Made by a program: the position numbers and the translations under genes. A DNA stretch of 63,018 bases, the filler included, from Circinaria calcarea (Eukaryota), in assembly GCA_051942165.1 (NCBI GenBank). It is 20 parts of 20 records of this genome, joined end to end, with 100 filler letters (N's around TTAATTAATTAA, not from the genome) between each part and the next. Parts side by side here need not be neighbours in the genome. Positions count along the whole stretch, not along the records: positions 34,790 to 37,846 come from JAVECS010003069.1; positions 37,947 to 40,999 come from JAVECS010003070.1; positions 41,100 to 44,149 come from JAVECS010003071.1; positions 44,250 to 47,299 come from JAVECS010003072.1; 16 more parts are not named here. One strand, 5' to 3'. The number at the start of each line of letters is the position of its first letter. Position 1 is the first letter of the stretch. The notes under the pieces were generated by a model. It did not search any database. It was given only the letters and a program-made list of their open reading frames with translations, and was not told the DNA's origin. Shown in pieces: positions 35,157-47,399 of the stretch.

Positions 35157-37624
35157 GGATGCTGCCTCGCTCTGGGAACTCCCCTCGTTGGTTTGCTGCA
35201 TATCCTCTCCTGTCATGTCCTGTTTTTTTCGCCAAGCGTTACGAAGCTCATGTGGAATCTCATGACGTTGCTTGGTCCTCCCTTGGCTTTTTTACATAGC
35301 GGAGGTATGCCCGAAATGTACTTATGAAAACCCCCCAACTACCATTAGAGATACAGCATTGTCGCACCAAGTGTACCAATCTCGGTTAGCCCACACTTTT
35401 GTTTTAGTGACTTCCCTTGGCCTATGATTCACATCTTGACGCCTTGGATTTTGATTTTGGGCTTGAGGTCCTCCCCTAAGGGGAGCAGGGAACCATGGTA
35501 AGGTATTTTAGTGTCTGAGGTTATCTCACTAGCACTGCGCTGTTCAGGTAGAAGAGGTCAAAAAGCTAGCTTGGGGGAATTTTTACGTAGAAACTGAGGA
35601 GGACGAATCGAACAGTGTCTGAGTGGGAGTTGGTATGTAAACATTATTGCCGATGAGAGGGTATATGTATGAGGGAGCCTAGAATTTGGTCTTTTATACT
35701 GGATTGTTTCGAAGCTGACATTTTGATACGCCAGAGATTTTTATATAGGTAAAGGAGGTGTTATTGCATGCGCGGGAGGTACCTTTCGGGCGGTTATAGT
35801 GTCATTTCTGGTCATTTTGATTTCGTATACGATACCTGTTTCGACACGGCTGACGCAGAGGGCTTTGGAACTTATTCTTTCGACACGCAGCCGCAGAGGG
35901 CTTTGGAGCTTCCTGCAAGAAAAGCACTTCGGGACAGTATGATTACAATGACGACATCGTCGAAGGAGAGCGCCCGTTATTAGAAACTCAAGGGGGACTT
36001 GGTCTCCTGGAACGAACGGTTGAGTTAGTGAAGCTGAGATGGAATTTCGAGGCGATGAAGGTACGATTTAGCCCTTGCAATGGGTATGAGGGCCTATGGT
36101 ATCTATTTAAAAACTGATTTTCCACAACTAGGACCGGATTAACACCCTAGAGGTACTTATTGGCCTTCCCGTGGCAAGAACGCCCATGGTGTCCTGGTCA
36201 AAAATTGAATTCCACTGGTCGAAGTTGCGTCCTATGTGACCCAGCTCAGAACACTTCAACACGCTAACAAAAATATAATAAAATCAAACAATCTCTTACT
36301 GAGATATATCAAAGAGAACAGGAAGAGCAGTCTATTATTCAAAAAAGAATCCAAGCCGGCAATATCATAGCAGATAGCAGTTGATGCCGGCATTAATACT
36401 AGTATTTATACTAGATGAAAGAGATAGGACTTTAAGGTTATCGAGGAGATTCACCACTTCAGCCCTTCTGAGATTGTTATAATAAATTTATCAGTGCAAC
36501 TTCTTTGTTCTATATTTAATAACATCTCGCAAATGAGTCTCAAGATGTGCTGTCGATATACATGATCAATCAAAGAGCAACCTTATTTGCAGATCTTTTA
36601 GTAGTTTTACCTTAACAGGTGGAGCGGGCCTTTCAAGAGTTTGCCAGCGTCCTGGAAAACCATTGGCAAGATAAGATAGATCTTACCGAGATCTCACCCA
36701 AACAAACTCGAAGTTAACGCAGGCCTAATGGAAATTCTACCAAAGCTACAGTTCCGTGGAGCCTAGTAATGAGTTCCAAGGTTGATCGATCTCTGCTTTT
36801 CACCTCATGCATGCTTGATACAGAAACGAGATTGATGTTCTCGACGATAGCTACCACTATATGATATCTGGTGAAGAGAAAAGTGGTCTGCAAAGAGTTG
36901 GATGCTAGTGGCATCGGATTCTTCTTGTAAGATGTATCCGGTGTGGATGATGAGTTGCGGTTAACTCGCTGGTAAGCTTTGAGGGTGTTACCTTTACGAG
37001 AGTACAAGGCAAGCCTTGGAATTGACAAGAAGGATCCCTGGGATTGTGAACACGATCTCAGCCTTGCTACTTAGTAGGATTCATAGTATGAGAATGACGT
37101 GTATAGATACGAAGAAAGAAGTGAGCACGGAATCACAATCTCAGAGACTACATCAACTGTAACGCTTGAAATCATCACGGATGAATGGTACGAACGAAAG
37201 TAAATTCGTAGAAGTATTCTAGCGATCAACCCCAGAGTACTCCAATACGACTTTTGGTATTGCCAGCAGTCGTAGCTGTAAGTTAATCATGTCATCCAAT
37301 CGATATCAGTTATGCAACAAAATGTTCTATAGAATCAAGTGATTAACGGTTTCAAGGGTTCTAGCTGATATCTAAGAATAATCCTTTGGTAATTCGTTGA
37401 AGCAGCGTTGGATTTCAAATCGCGAAGATATACGCGACTTCCTTAACAAATGAATAAATTACATTAGCCGTTGTGCGAACTGTCTTGTCTACGTTCATAA
37501 AGTCCAATTAGTGTACACCAGTCCAGTCCTTACCACTTCTTTCGATCTGAACAGCTGAATAACACTAGATCTCCTTCTACTCCTCCCATACACTATCAAA
37601 TACCTGGATGGAAGTCCACAGAGC

Positions 37625-37846
37625 ATGGAGAAACTACTAAAGGATTGGAGGCAAGACGCTATCAACAAACACCACTACGAGTCGGCGACATACATTGGCG
37701 ATAAACTGCTTGCTCTTACAAGTAAGTGGTCATCTTCCCGCGCCATTTGACAAGCTGATGCTTACTAGATGACCCAAAGGACGCATTCTGGCTTGCTCAA
37801 GCACACTTCTCTACTGGCAACTACACACGCGCACAGACTATCCTTG
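37625..37846 (+). CDS. CDC16: Anaphase-promoting complex subunit Cdc16/Cut9 (APC6), N-terminal fragment
   Basis: MEKLLKDWRQDAINKHHYESATYIGDKLLALT|NDPKDAFWLAQAHFSTGNYTRA; intron 37722-37768. Confidence 0.9.
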
Positions 37847-40800
37847 NNNNNNNNNNNNNNNNNNNNNNNNNNNNNNNNNNNNNNNNNNNNTTAATTAATT
37901 AANNNNNNNNNNNNNNNNNNNNNNNNNNNNNNNNNNNNNNNNNNNNTGAAGCGAGTTAATTTAGAGGCCATCGGATCTCTGGAAGGATCAAGTTTCATGT
38001 CACGTGGGAACCACAATCGGCTTGATTTACCTACGATAGGGTACCCTCTTTACAGATGGATACAAACCAGGCTGTACTATACTCAAACTCATCAACCAAA
38101 TGTTCTGCTCAAAAACTGCAATAGATGGGAATAATATTTTTCGAATTGCCCTTCTGGTTATACCCGATCTTACGTGTCTTTTACTTTCTTTTTTGCCTGT
38201 TCTCGAGTACCTAAGCTTTAGCCACCCGTCTGAAAGCTTCTTGGTCTCTTAGCGCAAGGCGGGATGGCTCAAGCTTTTCTTTTGCCAGTATGCAATGGCG
38301 TTAGATGATGACCTTGTCTATCTCGCTTAGTCCGTTTTTGCTAGGATTACGCTTTTCAGGCTGGGGCTGTTCTAATGCCTTCTTAAAAACCGGGTAAGGG
38401 ATTGATAGGCTTCACGTCAACCTAATCGATTTTATGGCAAAAGGCAAACTTCTCCTACAATGTACCAGGAGCAATTGCAACCGAGATTTGCTCGCTCTTC
38501 GGACCACCCTCTCCACCTAGCACGCAGGCCCTGCAAGAAAAATGTCTCTCCCTCCATGCAAGTTAGGCAATTTGAGCCGAACCCTTACCGCGTTTTTGGC
38601 TACCACCATATGTCTTAGATGTTCACTTGTTCTGAGGATTCGTTTTTCCTCCCTATATATGCCTAGTCGCCATTCCCTCAGTTCCTCACGTCTTTCCTCA
38701 TTGTTAACCGCCTCTTCTTCCATACTACATTTCGTCAAACCCTTCAAGGCTATCGGTAGCCCAATAAAGCCTTTGGCCTTCTTGAGACTTGCAGATAACT
38801 TCCCATACACAACGGACTGAATACCTAAGCTGTACCAACCATGATCATCGTTATGCATTGGTCCTTTACCTGTAAATGGCTATTCAATACCAAGTTTTCT
38901 CGGCCTCACTTTCCCCTTGAGAGCTAGAAACTCATTGGTTTCACCCTTGGTTATACTCATTCTCCTTGTCAACCATCTCAACCTATATCTATTAGCGCCG
39001 GTCATCCATCTGCAAACTCGTTCTACGGATACCGCTGCCCACAAAGCAATGCCGTCGAAGTGACTGGCATCGCAAGCGGCAAGGTATGGACGATAGAATG
39101 TGATAGTGCTGGTAGATACAATTGCTGTCGAATCTCTATGGAGTTCGACTGTGATCAAAGCAATCTCGAATATGACACTTGGAACCAGCGTCGTTGGGAG
39201 GTTTGTAACTGCCAGGAAAGGCCTAATCTTCCGTGTGGTTACCCTTCAATCTGCTTGGGCATATTTATAGCACTGGCAACGCAAAATTCCAAAAACTCCT
39301 CAGTTGCAACGAGTTGTTTACCGGTTACTGTACCCAAAGACATAGTCGTTCGTGACAAAGATCTCGACGAAGTGTCTGAAGTTGCCGAAGCATATATCAT
39401 ACAAAGTAGTATGATGTAGGACAATTACGCCTGTTACTACGGCTTTCACTGTGATCACTGGAATCTAAAGTACACAATCTGGAGCCCCTCTTTGTTGGTA
39501 GCATTTTTTACTACACTTATAGGAGGTGTGGGATCGGGGTTCTGGGATTATATTGAAGCAGCCTAACTCGGACATGGACACGGATATCACCACTGCAACG
39601 ACTCCGAAGACTCCATCGTCAGGTGTTAAACATAAGGACTTGATGGCTCGCTCGTACAGAAGACGTGTTTGAACGTCTCTCTGATGTCGCCAAAAGTATG
39701 GGAGATGCAATGTTCTCAATCTCCCAAAAACTTTGCAGGAACCCTCCATACAGCTTTTCACTGCATTTCAATACAAAGTCAGGAATACGATGAAATTCAA
39801 TCCCCGGGGGGGGGGCTGGGAGAAATGTGAATGTGTCCGGAGCGCGGCCGTCTAATAACGGGTGGGGGCTACCCGGTGGTGGCTGTTGAACTTCAAAAAC
39901 CAAAGATGGTTCTACTACATCCTGCTCAATCTCTCGAGGACTTTGACACTCGGGAGTCGAGAACCTGACACACGTACACGCACACACACTCGAACAAGCC
40001 CAAATATGGTTTCACCATCATCAGATCAGGCAACGACCGCTTCGGTACGCGGGTGTTTCCCGTCCCCGTTTCCCGTAGGCGTTTGTAGAAGGGGATCTTT
40101 TTGCCTCACGCAAAAAAAAAAAAAAAAAAAAAAGAGGGGAAATGAGCTTAACCCTTGCACTCACGACAGATCTGAAATCGAGTTTTTTTTTCTTCCCCCA
40201 AAGATCTCTTTTTTCTAGAGAACTTTCGTCTTGAGAAAACGGCCCCCTTTCCCTCCCATTTCAAGGAACGGAGAAAAAAACCCCCGTTTTTGAATTTCAG
40301 CCCCAAAAACGGTTTCGACCGGATGTTGGTATGGTAACTCGAGACAAATTTCGGGTTTCACTGTCTGTTATTGGCGTCAAGGCCATACTATGGTACTAAG
40401 GAAAGGAAAGGAAAGCCTACCATAGCTCCGGAAACGGAGGGAACCTCAGGTGAGCACGGGAGGTTGCTTAGTACTTGTATACTGGTACTCATTGGGGGTG
40501 AGCAAGGATGAGCAAGGTGAGCAAGGATGAGCAACCAACGTAGTAGTAGTATATAGGCAGGCAGGGGCTATTCCCTCGCTCTTTAGAATAGGATAGCATG
40601 CTTTATAGACACCAAACAGAATAGTAATAGATTTATATTACATTTTCTAGTAAATCGTGCAACACCCGCAGTTACTACTACCATATCCCCTTATACCAAC
40701 CAGTCTAGCCTATCCCTATCCCTATCCTATCCTATCCTAGCACCCTTATAGGGCAAATTCTTCATTTCTTGAACATTGAATGTGTGTATATATGTTATAA

Positions 40801-41099
40801 TCATGTCTATAGAGAAATACAACCCCGAGCCCGCCTTTTTTTTTTTTTTTTTTTTTTTAGTCCGGTCTGGTCCGGTTCGGTACCCTATCATCCTTCAGTT
40901 TCTCTCCCCTCTTTTTTTAGAAAAATAATAAATAAATAAATAAAGCTATGGCTAGTTCGCTGTGAAACCGCCCCCCCGGTGACATTTTTCCTAATTATAN
41001 NNNNNNNNNNNNNNNNNNNNNNNNNNNNNNNNNNNNNNNNNNNTTAATTAATTAANNNNNNNNNNNNNNNNNNNNNNNNNNNNNNNNNNNNNNNNNNNN

Positions 41100-41519
41100 A
41101 TCCATGGGCCCGGGAGCTACGGTACCACCGAGTGCAGCTGGCGGTGCAATGAATCTCCCAAACCTTGAAGCATTGACGTCCGCGCCCCCTCATCAACAGA
41201 AGCAATTGCTCGGTGAAGCCCTGTACCCCAAGATTCAAAATCTGCAGCCAAAATTGGCCGGAAAGATTACTGGCATGTTGCTTGAAATGGACAACTCTGA
41301 GCTTTTTGGATTGTGAGTGTTGAAAGACCTTTTGCTTTATAGAGCTATGCTGATTTGATCAGAATTGATGACGACGACAAATTGCGGGAAAAGGTTGACG
41401 AGGCGCTCACAGTCTACGACGAATACGTTAAGGCTGCAGAGGCTGCAGCCAACCCGGTTACTGATTCTAAGCCTGAAGAACCCTCTGCCGGCTCAGAACC
41501 AGAAGCCGTCAACGTTTAG
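41100..41519 (+). CDS. PAB1: Poly(A)-binding protein C-terminal MLLE/PABC domain, 5'-truncated
   Basis: [14 protein letters not shown]...[16 protein letters not shown]|...[12 protein letters not shown]; intron 41313-41362. Confidence 0.93.
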
Positions 41520-43577
41520 ACCAGTTCTGCAACGATGAAGAGCATCGGTGGTGTATCAATGCCGGTGTTATGCTTGCCCCTAGGTTCTTGGTCGCTTCGG
41601 TGTTCTGGCCACTGGTGAGGTCTGGCCTTTACGCTCCGGTGGCACTATTTCTTCCTCTGTACGCTTCTCCGAATGCCCAGTCGTCGCTAAAAGCCATGTT
41701 ACTGCTTCAGATGCTATCACTTGGTCTCATATTATGGCTCCTGGACGGTAATGTGGCGCGGTCACCAACCTAGGGTCGGCGATCCAGCTAAGCAGTTGCT
41801 ACGATTGTCATAGAGCAGCATCTCCAAGTTCTTTAACTTTACTAATGGGTTTTCTAAGATAGAGGTTCTTTCCTGATAGCTAGCTACACCGTCATGCTTC
41901 ATCTTACTCGCTGAAGCTGGGCAGGCATAGTCGTTGCAAGTTAACGATCGACTTTTCTCGCAGTGGTTCTGGGCCAATAGTATCTCCTCTGTTAGATAGC
42001 AACTAATGAAAAAAACATTGCACTCAAAGATCTAGTAGATAGGCGCGACATGTTCGATTGTAATTTTATCAGTCATTCCAGCAATCATGGTCAGAACTGA
42101 CAGTGTGGCCAGAGAGAGATGGAAATTCCCCTAGCTCTCGGGTTTTAGCTGCCCCAGCCTTCCCACTTTCCCCCGGCAACGGAATACGCTGCTCATTTTA
42201 CCAGTGTAGGTAGGTACTATGGTATTAAGAGCGGCCGAACATTAAAAAGGGAAAAAGGCCCACGTCATTCATTCCTCACGCTTGCATATCCCCCGGTTTT
42301 TTTCCCCTTGGGATGAGCGTCGAAATGGGAGATCGGTGGCGCGGGTCCTAAGCGGAAAGAGTACTGGTAGCTACTCTCGGTAGCGGGGGGGGGGGGAAAA
42401 CCCTTTGGACGCGTTTCGTTTATGGTAGGGGCCGTGCGCTGGAAATGTCCGAGGGCTTGGAGGAGTCCGATGACTTTGGATTGTTGTTGGTTTTCTTTTG
42501 CGTCGAGCAGGCCCTACCATATCGGCTATACCATATGGTAGCCTGAGTTTTCTGGTTCTCGACCTTTGGAATGTGGATGAGCTTGAACGGCAAAAAAATG
42601 GATGCGTGCATGTTTTGCTGCTTCCATTTCGTTGGCTGTTGCCGTTTCTATTTCCAAGGATCGAAAAAGGGCTAGGGAGAGGAGATTGGAGGGATGGGGG
42701 AGAATGGTGGAGATGAGTCTTATTCGATTCGGCTACAGGTAGTCGTCTTAATCTCAATTCTCAAAAGGGCGGTCTGAGGCTCTGAGCTGGGGTCCTACTT
42801 ACGGTCGGGTAATTGCTATAGGATATCGTTTGATAGGTCCGAGACAGTACGATTGGCCTGATCAAAGATCTTGTGCTTGGATCTTCTTAGGCTATTATAG
42901 CTGAGGCCCAAGGGTCAATTTCCAGTTTCGGGTGCTCATCATCTCACTGTTACTCTACTGTCAATTGCCTTTGTCCTCCACATTTGAGTGGACCTACTGA
43001 CCCTGGGACCTTAGCGGCTCAGGACAGCCTAAGGTACCTATATACCCAGATGATTGGTGTAAACGGGAAATATCAACCTGTGATCGTTATGGCAGGTTCT
43101 AGCCCTGCCGTTTGAGGATGGAGTCTATTGGGGGCCCGACCCTTTGCATCGGGATTGTGGATCGGAAAATAAGCCCCCTGCTAGTGTAGGAACCGGACGA
43201 GGCTCGAGGCATGGAAGATCATCAATGCACATGGCTGCGAGCCTCAAGTCATCCACTAAGGCTTCTTTCTAAACGTCGGCACGTGCATTCTGCCTGTCCA
43301 GAGCCACACCTCGTCATTGAATTCAGGGGTCGTCTTTGATATCCGGACACGCGCTTGGCCATTTCCCAGAAGCGGGAATTTCAACCTTCGTTCCGTAGCC
43401 TCAATCGCACGTATGCTTCCTTGCTAACATCGTCATGGTACTCTGGGATTGCAAGATCCATCCATGCTCAGTTGGGACAAAGATTCCTTTACATTGAGAG
43501 AGCCGTTGAGTTTTGGGTGACTGGGGGAAGGCGGAAGAAATGACGACGGTTTACAAATATACCTGCCAGTCCTTGGA

Positions 43578-43585
43578 TATATAAA
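43578..43585 (+). promoter_or_regulatory. TATA box of the small secreted protein gene
   Basis: TATATAAA about 115 bp upstream of ATG 43694, followed by a pyrimidine-rich leader. Confidence 0.6.
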
Positions 43586-43693
43586 GCCAGTCTTCTTCTC
43601 CATCCGCTATACTATCATTCAAACACTTTCATTCAAGTTCATCGACACTGTATTCAACCTTTCCAATCGTTTAGTACATTCACCAGCTTCATC

Positions 43694-44149
43694 ATGAAGA
43701 CCTCATTCGTTTCCATCTTGGCTTTGGCCACCTCACTCATGGGTGTCATGTCAGCCCCGACTGCCGAAGTCTCAATTGAGAAGCGTGCATCAGACCCAGT
43801 TTCTCTCGTTACCAACTTGCTTGCTTCGGTCCAAGTGTACACTGCTCAGATCAGTCAGTTGCCACTCGTTTCCCTTTGATCCCTGACGTTCCTTACTTAC
43901 GATTCTACCGCAGACACCACCGTTGCCACCCTTACCCCCACTTCTAGCCCAGCCGAGAAGAAAGCCGCCTCTGACGCCATCCAAAAGTACATAAAAAGCA
44001 TCACCGCAGCCGTCGTCAAGACCACCAAACAAGTCCCCACCAAACCCATTGCCGCGCGTCAGGTGACGAGTCCGACTTCGCTCGCCAATATCATCTTGAC
44101 GCTCCTTTTGGATTTGAGCGGGACACTGAACAATGTCATTGCTGGTTTG
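43694..44149 (+). CDS. Small secreted helical protein with Kex2-type KR site, 3'-truncated
   Basis: Signal peptide MKTSFVSILALATSLMGVMSAP and IEKR propeptide. Intron 43854-43913 continues in frame to ...LLLDLSGTLNNVIAGL. Confidence 0.8.
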
Positions 44150-44472
44150 NNNNNNNNNNNNNNNNNNNNNNNNNNNNNNNNNNNNNNNNNNNNTTAATTA
44201 ATTAANNNNNNNNNNNNNNNNNNNNNNNNNNNNNNNNNNNNNNNNNNNNCTTACAAGTGTAGCAATATACTTCTATCGTTACTCATTACTTGCCAAGTGA
44301 TTGGTATAGAACCCTCGTGCCTATTACAGAGTCCCCGCCTTATACCAGTGACTAGCATTGCCTTTGCCTAAGAAGCTTAGGGACGTAACATATTTTTTAT
44401 AATTGCAGAATAAAAATACAATATTAATATTATTTTCAGCTTGGAACTTGCTCTAGAATTTATTAATTATAA

Positions 44473-45292
44473 TGTTGAACTTTTGCCACTGCGCCAAAAG
44501 GGGGTACCCCGCACTTAGGCAGGCTGAACAGGCGTATAAAGTTTGACACACCCCCGCAGCTTAGCAGCACTGTGCTGCCAGCACTGCACGGTGGTGGTAA
44601 GCTGGAAGTTTATTGTTATTTGTTTTCTTGTGGCGCGCATGCTGAGACCGTGTGTGTGTGTGGTGGTGCTGTCCGGCTGTAATCGCGCTGGCTATATGCT
44701 CTGGCAGTGTCCGGCTCTGACCTTCTAGTTGCACTGTCCGGCTGTAATCGCGCTGGCTGTATGCTCTGGCAGTGTCCGGCTCTGGCAGTGTGGTGGAATC
44801 GAACATGCGCTTGTGTTTGTGTGTTGCGCAGTGGTCGCAGTAGGCGACCGAAGCGATAAAGGGCTCATAACTGTCGAACTTTTTGCCACTGCGCCAAAAG
44901 GGGGTACCCCGCACTTAGGCAGGCTGAATAGGCGTATAAAGTTTGACACACCCCCGCAGCTTAGCAGCACTGCGCTGCCAGCACTGCACGGTGGTGGTAA
45001 GCTGGAAGTTAGCTGTTGTTATTTGTTTTGTTATGGTGCGCATGCTGAAACCGTTTGTGTGTGGTGGCGCTGTCCGACTGTAATCGCGCTGGCTGTATGC
45101 TCTGGCAGTGTCCGGCTCTGGCAATGTGGTGGAATCGAACATGCGCTCTGGTTGTGTGTTGCGCAGCGGTGGCCATACTGAAATGGTGCGACCGTAGCGA
45201 AAAAGGGCTCATAACTGTTGAACTTTTTGCCACTGCGCCAAAAGGGGGTACCCCGCACTTAGGCAGGCTGAATAGGCGTATAAACTTTGACA
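44473..45292 (-). mobile_element. Non-autonomous Ty1/copia-type miniature LTR element (TRIM) in tandem array, LTR-int-LTR-int-LTR
   Basis: Three 76-77 bp TG...CA repeats (44473-44548, 44872-44948, 45216-45292). PBS GTTATGAGCCC at 45215-45205 and 44871-44861; PPT-like GCGGGGGTG at 44957-44949 and 44557-44549. No coding capacity. Confidence 0.85.
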
Positions 45293-45461
45293 ATACTATA
45301 TTATAGGCCTCAAGAAAGGGGAATTTATCGGCAAGAAAGCATTCAAGGAGAAGTTATTCGCTCAACACCCTCAAGAAAGCAAAGACGAAATACGACAGCT
45401 TGTCAACAAGTAAGCTTCCAATCCTCAATTTATGACTTAGGACGCTGTACTCATTCGTAGA

Positions 45462-47299
45462 ATGATACGCAACGGCGGTTTAGAGCCCGAGGTGCATACG
45501 GTACCACCAGAAGAGAAACTGATACCGATTATACCCTCCTCTTCTCTGTCCAAGGCAAAGACTGCTGCAATCAACACACCAACTCCAGTAAAGCCCAAAA
45601 AGCCCAAAACGCCAAAAGAGCCAAAAAAGGCAAAAAAGCAGACTCCTAAGGTATAGGGATAATCTTTTGGGTGGGAAAGTAGCAAAGCAATAACGATGAC
45701 ATATATACTTGAGCTGTTCGAGATGTGAGATGTTCTGACACCACTGTATAGGAGCAAGAGGCGGGTAACGCTACATCGAGCATCCAAAGTAAGACACCCG
45801 CTGAGAAGCCCAAGGGCGGCAACATCCCTTCAAACACTCCAAAGAGGCAGGCCACTCAGGTGCTCAACGGTGGCAGCGTTGCTTCAAGCATTCAGGTCGT
45901 GCAGTCTATGCAGGAACAAACCGCCTTTAATCCCAAAATACAAGGTGCGTTTTCTAATCTCGAGGTTAGGTCGTGCTTGCTGATACAGTCCAGAACTACG
46001 AGCGTTTCTTGAGGCATCTAAATTTCATGGCCGCAGCTTATCCAGCAAGAGCACAAGTATTTCCGATTTCCAGGACTCCATACGAATCGATCAGCTTATG
46101 CTCCTGGATGATGGTGACATAAATACTTCTGGACAAGGGAAACTTGCATTTAATAACGCTCAAAGTGCTGTTCTCTTCTCTGCAGATGTGTTGGAACACT
46201 GTGATCAGAATCTTATACCACAATATGGACTGCTAGGAAACTTGAGCCCGAACCAAAATAATGATTCTGTGAAAGCCGTTGATCGACGAATCTTCCTCAA
46301 TACAAATATCCCTTTCTCGGCATTTATATGCGGTTTGCAGGGAAGTGGGAAATCACACACGACAGGTTGTTTAATTGGTAACCGGACCAGACCCTTACAA
46401 TCTACTTCAGAGGTCCTTACAGAGTATAGAGAATTGCCTTATCCGGTCTCCCATACTAGGAGTTCTTCAGAAGCCGCTTTCCGTCTTGGTCTTTCATTTC
46501 AGCGAATGGGCGTCCCAATCGAGTTTTAAGCCGAGTGAAACGGCATTCCTTGCCTGCCCAAATCCACAGTTCCAGCATCACTTAGGCGTTACTTCAATCA
46601 TTGTTCTCGTTTCCCCATCAAGCTACCTTACTTTACGTCCCCTATACATGCAAATCCCAGGCGTCACTGTCCAGCCATTTAAGATCCTTCCCAAAAACTT
46701 GAACATCGGCACCATCATGACGCTGATGTCCGTTGATCAAACGCAAGCAGCACCGCTTTATATGGGCCAGGTAACCAAGATCTTACGCCACATGGCCTCA
46801 GAATCATCTCAATTCAGTTATCCGACTTTTAAACGTCGCCTCGACGACGCAGATCTTGATAGGAAACAGCGAGAGTTCCTAAACCAGCGACTCGATCTAC
46901 TCGAGTCTTTTCTAGACCTAGAAGGCTCTACACCAGCTCCCGCTTTCGAAGCTGGCACGGTGACAATCATGGATCTCTCTTGCCCGTTTGTGGATGCAAA
47001 TACTGCATGTGTTTTGTTTAAGATCGGTATGGGCATGTACTTGGAATCCAGCTCCAGTACCGGCAAGGTCATCGCCGTTGACGAGGCCCATAAGGTTCGC
47101 GTCTCACATCCCAAAGACCTCACTATCCCGGGCTCCTGGACCTTGAAGCTGACAGGATGGGCAGTACATGTCCGACACCCCAGCGTCCAAAGCTTTGACC
47201 GAGTCCCTGCTAACCGTGATACGGCAACAACGGCACTACGGTGTGCGCTTGATCATCTCGACCCAAGAACCCACCATCTCGCCGCGGCTCATCGATCTT
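45462..47299 (+). CDS. Fungal P-loop ATPase (HerA/FtsK/VirB4-like motifs), multi-exon, 3'-truncated; 5' structure uncertain
   Basis: Walker A GLQGSGKS, Walker B VIAVDEAHK and, after an intron, IRQQRHYGVRLIISTQEPT. Confidence 0.78.
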
Positions 47300-47399
47300 N
47301 NNNNNNNNNNNNNNNNNNNNNNNNNNNNNNNNNNNNNNNNNNNTTAATTAATTAANNNNNNNNNNNNNNNNNNNNNNNNNNNNNNNNNNNNNNNNNNNN

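Noticed and set aside
36300..37203. Possible RIP-decayed ORF on the plus strand
   Set aside because: Stop density is about that of random sequence and no motif was recognised.
40112..40950. Poly-A/poly-T runs and short CTATC and GAGCAAGG repeats
   Set aside because: Ordinary low-complexity intergenic sequence.
44473..45292. Three direct repeats as a possible CRISPR array
   Set aside because: Repeats are 77 bp, the intervening segments are homologous to each other, there are no cas genes and the DNA is eukaryotic; LTR/PBS/PPT explains it.
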